A DNA stretch of 27,924 nucleotides, taken from IMG/VR virus record IMGVR_UViG_3300020045_010598, positions 1 to 27,924 of that record. The stretch is one strand, 5' to 3'. The DNA is from a virus (taxonomy: Duplodnaviria > Caudoviricetes). The notes beneath the pieces were generated by a model. That model was not told where the DNA came from and did no database searches. It saw nothing but the letters and a program-made list of their open reading frames with translations. The position numbers were made by a program, and so were the translations under genes. This document shows, in pieces, positions 1 to 5,985 of the stretch; within the stretch, counting starts at the first letter, position 1, and the number at the start of each line of letters is the position of its first letter.

Positions 1-89
1 CGTGAAAAGTATGCAACTCGCGGGATTTTAGGAGCAGATACAGCATCGGTCTTTAGGATTGGTTTGTCAGGGTTCTTGAAGTTTTTCAT
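1..89 (-). pseudogene. 5' fragment of a diverged copy of the 1069-1620 gene (MKNFKNPDKPILKTDAVSAPKIPRVAYFS...), truncated by the window
   Basis: ATG at 89 on minus strand, open to the edge; 9 substitutions versus 1069-1157, 7 non-synonymous including two to Pro, suggesting decay or sequence error rather than a conserved paralog. Confidence 0.5.
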
Positions 90-151
90 GCTCGAATTAG
101 AGCGAGTACGACATAAATATGCAACCGGAATATTATCGGCGTTTGCGTCAC
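1..151. repeat. Inverted repeat, left arm (partner 1007-1157); runs off the window edge
   Basis: Reverse complement of 1-151 aligns ungapped with 1007-1157 (position sum 1158), 11 mismatches by manual count, exact over 1016-1075. Confidence 0.95.
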
Positions 152-171
152 GCATGCCTCCGCGTCATAGT
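143..171 (+). promoter_or_regulatory. Sigma70-type promoter for the tRNA-like RNAs
   Basis: TTGCGT(143-148)-N17-CATAGT(166-171); shares CCTCCGCGTCATA with the promoter at 1640-1668. Confidence 0.6.
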
Positions 172-181
172 TCTCATACGA

Positions 182-237
182 GCGGGGTGGCGGAACGATG
201 GTGACGCGAGCCTACGGCATTAACCGTGGCACCCCGC
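182..237 (+). ncRNA. Structured RNA resembling a tRNA 5' half (acceptor-like stem plus Leu/Ser-type D arm, no T arm)
   Basis: GCGGGGTG(182-189) pairs with CACCCCGC(230-237); TGGCGGAA...GGT.GACGC resembles class II tRNA D arms; internal hairpin 210-229. Confidence 0.4.
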
Positions 238-243
238 GAGACT

Positions 244-350
244 ACAGATGTAGCTCAGGAGGTAGAGCAAGCCCCAGCCGATACCTTTGACGTAAGGGTC
301 GGGAACTGACGAGGTCTTGGCCGGAGGTTCGAACCCTTCCATCTGTTCCA
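244..350 (+). tRNA. tRNA-like gene, 107 nt, with a 31-nt insertion in the anticodon arm; identity undetermined
   Basis: Acceptor ACAGATG/CATCTGT, T8A9, D arm GCTC-AGGAGGTA-GAGC, variable TGGCC, T arm GGAGG-TTCGAAC-CCTTC, discriminator T, encoded CCA (348-350). Removing 275-305 gives exactly 76 nt with loop CT-GAC-GA. Confidence 0.8.
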
Positions 351-352
351 AC

Positions 353-427
353 TTTCTCGTCGGCGAAATTTGTACTGCGTAAATCCAGGTCAAACTATCC
401 CTCAGACACCGCATCTGGTGCAGGGGA
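353..427 (+). repeat. Duplicated promoter+leader, copy 1 (copy 2 at 756-835)
   Basis: TTTCTCGTCGGC..AAT-TTGTAC(370-375)-N17-AACTAT(393-398)..CACCGCATCTGGTGCA..GGGAGA; the same architecture recurs at 756-835. Confidence 0.85.
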
Positions 428-434
428 GAATCCA

Positions 435-725
435 TTGAAAACAGTTTCAACACATGAATTCGAAAAGCTGGAGAGAAAAGTCAAGGAACTGGACAGTCAG
501 ATGTTCCTCGTGTGGATCGCGATTATTCTACTTGTCGCTAAATTATCAGGGACTTTAGGAATTTCCTGGGGGTGGGTCGCGATCCCAATAGCAATGATGT
601 TTTGGGAGCTGGTTTCTGTTTACATCTTCGCTTCAATCATCATCGCCCTTTTCGGACTAGCTACATCGAAGATCCACGACGTTCCTCCGCCAACAAAAAT
701 CATCATGCACCAATGGCATCGATAA
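435..725 (+). CDS. Small membrane protein, KLxGxxxxSWxWVxxP motif (phage 'transmembrane Fragile-X-F-like' type)
   Basis: TTG start after GGGGAG SD; 2-3 hydrophobic helices; motif KLSGTLGISWGWVAIPI; followed by a terminator. Confidence 0.8.
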   Translation: MKTVSTHEFEKLERKVKELDSQMFLVWIAIILLVAKLSGTLGISWGWVAIPIAMMFWELVSVYIFASIIIALFGLATSKIHDVPPPTKIIMHQWHR

Positions 726-730
726 CAACC

Positions 731-760
731 AAGCCCTCTTCGGAGGGCTTTTCTTTTTCT
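731..760 (+). terminator. Rho-independent terminator
   Basis: AAGCCCTC-TTCG-GAGGGCTT hairpin with cUUCGg tetraloop followed by TTCTTTTT. Confidence 0.9.
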
Positions 761-835
761 CGTCGGCCAAATTTGCGCCGTGCGATTCCGCGTCAAACTA
801 TCTCCTAGGCACCGCATCTGGTGCAACAAGGGAGA
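756..835 (+). repeat. Duplicated promoter+leader, copy 2
   Basis: TTTCTCGTCGGC..AAT-TTGCGC(773-778)-N17-AACTAT(796-801), leader hairpin GCACC-GCATCT-GGTGC (809-824), SD GGGAGA. Confidence 0.85.
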
Positions 836-842
836 CTAAAAA

Positions 843-1004
843 ATGGAATTGCTTTTCGTACTTCTCGCCGTGCTGTTCGTCGGCCTCAAGCTGACCGGGC
901 ACATCACGTGGTCGTGGGGTTGGGTCCTCGCGCCGATCTGGGCACCGTTGTGTGCGGCGTTCGTCGGCGGGTTTCTGTTCGGGCTTGCGGGAGTGGGGGC
1001 ATGA
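843..1004 (+). CDS. 53-aa membrane protein (MELLFVLLAVLFVGLKLTGHITWSWGWVLAPIWAPLCAAFVGGFLFGLAGVGA), paralog of 435-725; missing from the ORF track
   Basis: Translated by hand; ATG 843 after AAGGGAGA, TGA 1002-1004; LKLTGxIxWSWxWVLAPIW motif. Confidence 0.85.
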   Translation: MELLFVLLAVLFVGLKLTGHITWSWGWVLAPIWAPLCAAFVGGFLFGLAGVGA

Positions 1005-1006
1005 GT

Positions 1007-1157
1007 GTGACGCTGACGCCGATAATATTCCGGTTGCATATTTATGTCGTACTCGCTCTAATTCGAGCATGAAAACCTTCAAGAACCCTGACAAACCAAG
1101 CTTAAAGACCGATGCTGTATCTGCTCGTAAAGTCCTGCGAGATGCATATTTTGCACG
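1007..1157. repeat. Inverted repeat, right arm (partner 1-151)
   Basis: See 1-151; covers the promoter and first 29 codons of the 1069-1620 gene. Confidence 0.95.
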
Positions 1158-1620
1158 CAATGAACTCACTGCAGCTATCAAAGACGGCAGCACTCAGCGG
1201 ACAAGGCTCGCGTGGATTACATGTATAACGCTGCTTCGAGCCGTCGGACACGTGCTTGATAAAGTCGATGCCGACAGATCTACGTATGTAAAACAAGCGT
1301 CAGACTTGCAGTTCTCGAAGACAAAAGCAGACCGTTTTGCGAACCTGATTTTTTGGGAATTCATCGAAGCTGAGCGCAATCAAATTATCAAAGAATATAA
1401 GTCCTCGATTTTCGATTATGTGCCAGACGACTTGAACGGCGGCAAAGATGTCCTTGTCGTAACAAATATTCTGATCGGCATTCAGGTATTCACACCTGGC
1501 GAAGCCGTGTCTGCCGCGATCCACTGGTGGGAGGAATATCTTGATGCCGTCGAGTTTGAAGCCCGTCAAATAAAGGAAAAAGGTAAATTCCAACGGCGGA
1601 ATGCACGCGGACATCCTTAA
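1069..1620 (+). CDS. 183-aa helical protein, possibly HEPN-like (ERNxxxK motif)
   Basis: Likely start ATG 1069 rather than 952, which would overlap the 53-aa gene; LLRAVGHVLDKVD and IFWEFIEAERNQIIKEY segments; AT-richer codons. HEPN assignment is inference. Confidence 0.75.
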   Translation: MKTFKNPDKPSLKTDAVSARKVLRDAYFARNELTAAIKDGSTQRTRLAWITCITLLRAVGHVLDKVDADRSTYVKQASDLQFSKTKADRFANLIFWEFIEAERNQIIKEYKSSIFDYVPDDLNGGKDVLVVTNILIGIQVFTPGEAVSAAIHWWEEYLDAVEFEARQIKEKGKFQRRNARGHP

Positions 1621-1639
1621 CCCTGCGATCGCTGTCGAC

Positions 1640-1668
1640 TTGCGCTTTCAACCCCTCCGCGTCATATC
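1640..1668 (+). promoter_or_regulatory. Sigma70-type promoter
   Basis: TTGCGC-N17-CATATC; shares CCTCCGCGTCATA with 143-171. Confidence 0.55.
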
Positions 1669-1697
1669 TCTGTCAACAACTTTGATGGAGTCCTGGC

Positions 1698-2006
1698 ATG
1701 TCAAATTTCGGTTCCCCTGCACACGGCGCGGCTATGGGCAACGCGGCGGGCATGATGATCATCGCTGCTGGTGTCGTCGGCCTCAGCTCCGCTATCGGTG
1801 ACGGTATCCGCGCTGCACGTGAAGAGTCCGCTCTCGACCGTTACGCCGATGCTCTCGAACGCGCTATCGCGCACGGTCGCGACATGGAACTCGCCGCCAT
1901 CACCGCGAACAAAATCGTCGGCAGTATGAAGCGTGAAATCCAATCGCTTCGCGCAGCGTGCGCCCAGCGTCAGGAAGTCATTGATGTACTTTGTGGGAGA
2001 GCCTGA
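1698..2006 (+). CDS. Hypothetical protein (N-terminal Gly/Ala hydrophobic segment + coiled coil)
   Basis: 102 aa, GGAG SD, TGATG coupling to the next gene. Confidence 0.8.
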   Translation: MSNFGSPAHGAAMGNAAGMMIIAAGVVGLSSAIGDGIRAAREESALDRYADALERAIAHGRDMELAAITANKIVGSMKREIQSLRAACAQRQEVIDVLCGRA

Positions 2007-2290
2007 TGACCGTTTTTAACGACATCACAGACCGCGAATTTGTCATGCTGCGCGAACGCTACGGCGACCTCGTTCTCGAAGATCCACTGTTCGCAAAGTC
2101 GATGGTTCTCGACCTTCGCCGTGAAGAACTCAACCGGATGAGGATGGAGCGTTCGCAAAAATACGCCTTGGAATCGGAAGAGCGCATCCTCGGCGACCGT
2201 GCCGAAAAGCTGATGGCGCTGTTCGACTCTCTGCCTCGGTCTGCACCGATGACGCCCGAGGAAGCCATCAAGAAAATCATGGAATTCTGA
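2006..2290 (+). CDS. Hypothetical protein (94 aa, MTVFNDITDREF...)
   Basis: ATG overlaps the upstream TGA; GGGAG SD; ends at a bidirectional terminator. Confidence 0.8.
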   Translation: MTVFNDITDREFVMLRERYGDLVLEDPLFAKSMVLDLRREELNRMRMERSQKYALESEERILGDRAEKLMALFDSLPRSAPMTPEEAIKKIMEF

Positions 2291-2292
2291 AA

Positions 2293-2324
2293 CAAATAGG
2301 CCGCCTGGTGGGGCGGCCTATTTG
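2293..2324. terminator. Likely bidirectional terminator between convergent genes
   Basis: Perfect 13-bp stem CAAATAGGCCGCC/GGCGGCCTATTTG, 6-nt loop. Confidence 0.8.
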
Positions 2325-2326
2325 CA

Positions 2327-2884
2327 TTATGGAGCGAAGAATTTCGGCAGCACGAACGGCTTGCTATCCCTGTTCGCGATCCGCTTTCTGACAGCGTGAC
2401 GGACGCGCTCCTCGGGTGTGCTAAGCGTCGGAGCGTCGTCATCGGCAACGGCAGCGCGAACCAGCGGAACGCCGTGGACGGCATGATCAGCACCAGCGAG
2501 AAATTTTCTCACCGCGCCAAGTCCCGCATTCCTGAGCGCGTCGAGTTCGAGTTCATTCATCGTCAGCAGCGTCGCCCTGATGGGCTTGCTTAGGCCGCTC
2601 AGGTCGACCGTGGGGCGGCTATGCGGCGTTGCGCGTAGATATCCCATAATCGTGTTGATGCCGTCTCTGTTGAGCTGGTGAACCTCGGGCGTCATTTGCG
2701 CTTTGAGATCGTCGAGCATGTCCAGCCCAGAAATCTGCGGATCGAATTCCGGGGCTGGACGACCGCCTCCGCCTCCGCCGAACATCATTCGAAACGGGGT
2801 CATCGCGAGATTGATCGTCCAGTCGAATCCGCTCTTAAACGATGCGAGTGCGGCGGCGATGGCGCGGGCTATTGCTCTAAACAT
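2327..2884 (-). CDS. Hypothetical protein (185 aa, MFRAIARA...)
   Basis: ATG 2884 preceded by AGGGAG SD and a TTGTTC-N17-CATGCT promoter-like sequence. Confidence 0.8.
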   Translation of the reverse strand: MFRAIARAIAAALASFKSGFDWTINLAMTPFRMMFGGGGGGRPAPEFDPQISGLDMLDDLKAQMTPEVHQLNRDGINTIMGYLRATPHSRPTVDLSGLSKPIRATLLTMNELELDALRNAGLGAVRKFLAGADHAVHGVPLVRAAVADDDAPTLSTPEERVRHAVRKRIANRDSKPFVLPKFFAP

Positions 2885-2944
2885 AAATGCTCTCCCTGTT
2901 GTTAAGAAAGAGCATGAAACCGCGCCGTGCATGGAACAAAAAGT

Positions 2945-3949
2945 TTAGGCGGCAATGGCCTCGGGCGCGAAAGCAACAGTCTTGTATTTGATCGCCGCCG
3001 TGCTGCCGATCCGCTTGCGAACGTCCACTTCGTTCAGCCCGCTGGCGGCGATGATGTCGGCATCTTCTTTAAAAACGTCGCCGATGATCCAACGGATAAA
3101 ATCACCCGTCGACTGCAGTGTGATCGGAAGACCTTGTTCGCGCAGATAATCCAGTCCCTGATCAAGTCTGGACGGAGTGAGCGCGTTCGCGACGAAGTCA
3201 TTGAGTGTTCCAACACGCTCGACATCGACGGCTGCTAGAACCTTCACATGATGCGTGGAGTGCTCACGTCCTTTGACCTTGAACCGGACTCGCTGACCGT
3301 AAACGTCTGCAGACCAGACGACACCTTCGCCAATACCAGAAACGCCGAAATGCTTCCCGACAGGACATTCGGCTTCGACCGCGTTCGTGATCTCGACGAG
3401 ATCGTTCTGCGAGAACTGCGGGTTTTCGATGTCGATGGTCATTTTCCAGGTCGGAAATTGCGTCACCAGAAACGTTTGTTCTGGAAGATGTCCCCTCAGT
3501 GAATCGATATCGATGAATAGGCCATCGATATGCCAGGCCTCGAACACCACGAACATCAGCGGCAAACCCGTCAACGCTACATTGCTTTGAATAGAACCTC
3601 CGCACCATTCCCCGAAGATGATGATGTGTCCGCCGAGATTTTTGCCGATCGATTTCCATTGGTCTTCGTGTTGCGAAGCCCAGGCGGCAAACCCAGCGTT
3701 GTCATAGTCGGTCGTCAGCACACGATTGCGGGACTGATATTCAACTGTGTCGTCACGGATGACAACGGCAGCGTTTGTACCGTGTAGTTTTACCGATCCC
3801 GAAAATTCGACGGTTGGAAATGTCCATGCTTTGATCTGACCTTCGATCAGTTCACCGTGTTCGTCACGCTTTCCGAGTCTGCTGCGCGTCAGTTTTTGGA
3901 TGTCAGCGATGGCATTGCGGTACTGCTCGATAGAAGGATATTTGATCAT
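2945..3949 (-). CDS. ATP-dependent RNA ligase, Rnl2-like
   Basis: Nucleotidyltransferase motifs I KLHGTN, Ia QSRNR, III FGEW, IIIa FVVFE, IV GEGVV, V FKVK, plus a helical C-terminal domain; GGGAG SD. Confidence 0.88.
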   Translation of the reverse strand: MIKYPSIEQYRNAIADIQKLTRSRLGKRDEHGELIEGQIKAWTFPTVEFSGSVKLHGTNAAVVIRDDTVEYQSRNRVLTTDYDNAGFAAWASQHEDQWKSIGKNLGGHIIIFGEWCGGSIQSNVALTGLPLMFVVFEAWHIDGLFIDIDSLRGHLPEQTFLVTQFPTWKMTIDIENPQFSQNDLVEITNAVEAECPVGKHFGVSGIGEGVVWSADVYGQRVRFKVKGREHSTHHVKVLAAVDVERVGTLNDFVANALTPSRLDQGLDYLREQGLPITLQSTGDFIRWIIGDVFKEDADIIAASGLNEVDVRKRIGSTAAIKYKTVAFAPEAIAA

Positions 3950-4054
3950 CTGAATTTCTCCCTTTTCGTTAGATCAGGGAGAAGTGTGCGCCGCCGGCGC
4001 GCCACAGGCATTAGCTAAGATGTTGACAAATATATGTTATTCGTTGCGCTGGGC

Positions 4055-4088
4055 AAAAAAATGGGACGGAGCGATCAAACTCCGTCCC
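4055..4088 (-). terminator. Rho-independent terminator ending the lysis operon and predicted sRNA
   Basis: Minus strand GGGACGGAG-TTTGATCG-CTCCGTCCC-ATTTTTTT. Confidence 0.9.
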
Positions 4089-4153
4089 CTAGGTCTCTAC
4101 CATGTTCGCTCATCGCGGGCACCCATCTGGGGAGACTCTGGTGCGCGAGAACT
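4055..4153 (-). ncRNA. Predicted ~100-nt anti-SD small RNA
   Basis: Own promoter TTGCTC(4188-4183)-N17-CACTAT(4165-4160), hairpin GCACC/GGTGC displaying AGAGUCUCCCCAGAUG, intrinsic terminator, no convincing ORF. Confidence 0.55.
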
Positions 4154-4201
4154 GATAATATAGTGCGACCGAGATATGCTATGAGCAAGCCGCCAATTCG
4201 G

Positions 4202-4462
4202 TTATTTTCGCGGCTCAACGATTTTTTTGACAGCTCCGAGTTTCGTGCGGCAGTCCTCGCCAGCTTCGGCAACGCGCACCAAAAATTTCCCGACGTCGCG
4301 CTGTGATTTCCAAGCCGACGTCGCGACTGGTTCCGCCGGACAGGTCAACAATGATGTCGGGATTGTCGGCCCTCCCGTTGTCGTGCAAGACGACAATAAC
4401 GCTACCGTCAGCATGATCATGCCGATAAAAATGACTTCCCACGGAAAACGCGACGTCTTCAT
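4202..4462 (-). CDS. o-spanin (Rz1-like lipoprotein)
   Basis: Signal peptide with lipobox LSSC, Pro-rich region, LLTCPAEP...DCRTKL pattern; ATGA overlap with the i-spanin. Confidence 0.85.
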   Translation of the reverse strand: MKTSRFPWEVIFIGMIMLTVALLSSCTTTGGPTIPTSLLTCPAEPVATSAWKSQRDVGKFLVRVAEAGEDCRTKLGAVKKIVEPRK

Positions 4463-4770
4463 TTCGCACCGCCGAATCTCGACTTGCGTAGGGCTTCCAA
4501 CACTGGCGCAACGTCGCCGTCATCCGTCGCTGGTGCGCTGTCAAGAATGACATCGGCGGCACGGGAACGGTCGGCGTTGGCGACCAGGGCTTTTTGCGCG
4601 TCTTCGAGAACGACAATAGCTTTGAGTGCTGCGGCCTTTTCGGCTTTGAGAACGAGGTTAGCAGCGTTGGCGGTCGCGAGTTCCGTTGCGACGTGATCGT
4701 AGCGCCAATATGCGAGAGCCAGCATAGCAACGATGCCGATGGCAGCGTAAAGTTTGATGTTACTTAGCAT
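4459..4770 (-). CDS. i-spanin (Rz-like)
   Basis: N-terminal TM helix, Ala-rich coiled coil, C-terminal DDGDVAPVL; position in lysis cassette. Confidence 0.8.
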   Translation of the reverse strand: MLSNIKLYAAIGIVAMLALAYWRYDHVATELATANAANLVLKAEKAAALKAIVVLEDAQKALVANADRSRAADVILDSAPATDDGDVAPVLEALRKSRFGGAK

Positions 4771-5008
4771 CGTCGGCTCCCAATTTAAGAGTGGAAAGCA
4801 AGTGATTTCGGTCGCTTACGCCGACGCCCATATACAATCCCGCATACGCAAAATTGCCGCTGATGTTTGCGGATAACAGGAGTGAAGCTTGCTCGGGCAT
4901 AAGCCACATTGCATATGCTGTGAGACCAGATGACATCGTTGTCATGATCAGCATGAGCCATTTCGAGAACGTGCGGGATTTCTGATTTGCGGGTTTTGCG
5001 GTCGTCAT
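4760..5008 (-). CDS. Putative holin
   Basis: 82 aa, basic N-terminus, two hydrophobic segments, between endolysin and spanins. Confidence 0.65.
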   Translation of the reverse strand: MTTAKPANQKSRTFSKWLMLIMTTMSSGLTAYAMWLMPEQASLLLSANISGNFAYAGLYMGVGVSDRNHLLSTLKLGADDAK

Positions 5009-5277
5009 GCTGAGCCTCCTACGACGGTCAGCCGTGGGCGCAGACGCAGCCCTTCGGCGTATTGGGCTAGCCTTGTCATGCCGTACCAGCTTCCGCAGCC
5101 TTGTTTAAAATCGTCGATGACAGCTTTGCGGACGCTAGGACATGAGGCTTTCAGTGTAGCCTCTGCATCTGGATTTCTAGCCAGCTCGGCTGAAATTGCG
5201 TCTGCGAGGATCTGCTTGATTTCGCTCAAGCAGTCAGACGAATACGGGGTTGCTTTGATCGGACGCCAGGCTCCCAT
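5005..5277 (-). CDS. Hypothetical protein within the lysis cassette
   Basis: 90 aa, TAATG coupling to the endolysin with AAGGAG SD, ATGA overlap with the holin. Confidence 0.7.
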   Translation of the reverse strand: MGAWRPIKATPYSSDCLSEIKQILADAISAELARNPDAEATLKASCPSVRKAVIDDFKQGCGSWYGMTRLAQYAEGLRLRPRLTVVGGSA

Positions 5278-5930
5278 TATTTAGCTCCTTCTAGAGCGGC
5301 GTTGAAAGCCTTGGCGTATCTGGCGATGTCTGCGGCGCGGTCGAGCGAGTTGATTATGCGACGTGCCCCGACCCAGTCCGTTTGTTTTGCGTTAAAGAAA
5401 TCGGCCAGGTGATAGCTAGTGAAGAGCCCGTCGCGCATGCCGAGAACCATGATTTTGGCTGCAGTTTCCGGTTCGAGCGCAAGGTCGGGATTGCCAACGA
5501 GATCGAGATTCAAAAGCTTTGCGAAACGAGTGTAGTTTTCGCGACCTGTGATTTGACAAAAACCTCTGCCTCGGAATTTCCATCCGTCGCCGCTGGCTTC
5601 ATTTCCATTTGCCATCCGGCTGGCGTAAGCACGGTTGGCAATGCGCTCTGGCTTTCCAGCATATTGAGCTGCTTGAACGACGGAAAAATATCTCGGAAAA
5701 GTTTTGCGGAGACCTGTCGGAGAATAATTAAGATTCTCGGAAATTGGTGTGAACTTACCGCCAGTTTCAATAACTGGCGTGGCGAGGACATAAGCGACCG
5801 CTCGGAGGTCGGTGACAGCTGCATCGGCGCATGCATCGAGCAGAGCGGAAACACCGTCAACCTGGGCTTGAGAAAGTGAGCCTCCGAAAACGGAGGTGCG
5901 GACGGCGGCGAAGAATTTTTGGCGATCCAA
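5277..5930 (-). CDS. Endolysin, glycoside hydrolase family 19
   Basis: ETG..F...ENLNYS, IANRAYASRMANG, DGWKFRGRGFCQITGRENY, LVGNPDL, ARRIIN motifs; TTG start. Confidence 0.92.
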   Translation of the reverse strand: MDRQKFFAAVRTSVFGGSLSQAQVDGVSALLDACADAAVTDLRAVAYVLATPVIETGGKFTPISENLNYSPTGLRKTFPRYFSVVQAAQYAGKPERIANRAYASRMANGNEASGDGWKFRGRGFCQITGRENYTRFAKLLNLDLVGNPDLALEPETAAKIMVLGMRDGLFTSYHLADFFNAKQTDWVGARRIINSLDRAADIARYAKAFNAALEGAK

Positions 5931-5985
5931 GGTTTTGCACTCTTGCGAATGCGTTAGTATCTGTCGACCGGCGGCAATGTGCTAG

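Noticed and set aside
270-317. Archaeal-type bulge-helix-bulge intron
   Set aside because: Both bulges (GAA 303-305, ACGA 309-312) lie on the same strand and the central helix is 3 bp, so it is not a canonical BHB.
353-835. CRISPR or mini-array from the repeated CACCGCATCTGGTGCA
   Set aside because: Only two copies ~400 bp apart separated by a gene; explained as duplicated promoter/leader; no cas genes.
952-1068. N-terminal extension of the 222-aa ORF in the track
   Set aside because: Overlaps the 53-aa membrane gene and the predicted promoter; ATG 1069 is the better start.
1-1157. Diversity-generating retroelement TR/VR pair
   Set aside because: Substitutions are not adenine-specific on either strand, they affect a gene 5' end, and no reverse transcriptase is present.
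4034-4306. Short ORFs 4034-4306(+) and 4075-4272(-)
   Set aside because: No SD, overlap the spanin and a terminator, no recognisable protein features.
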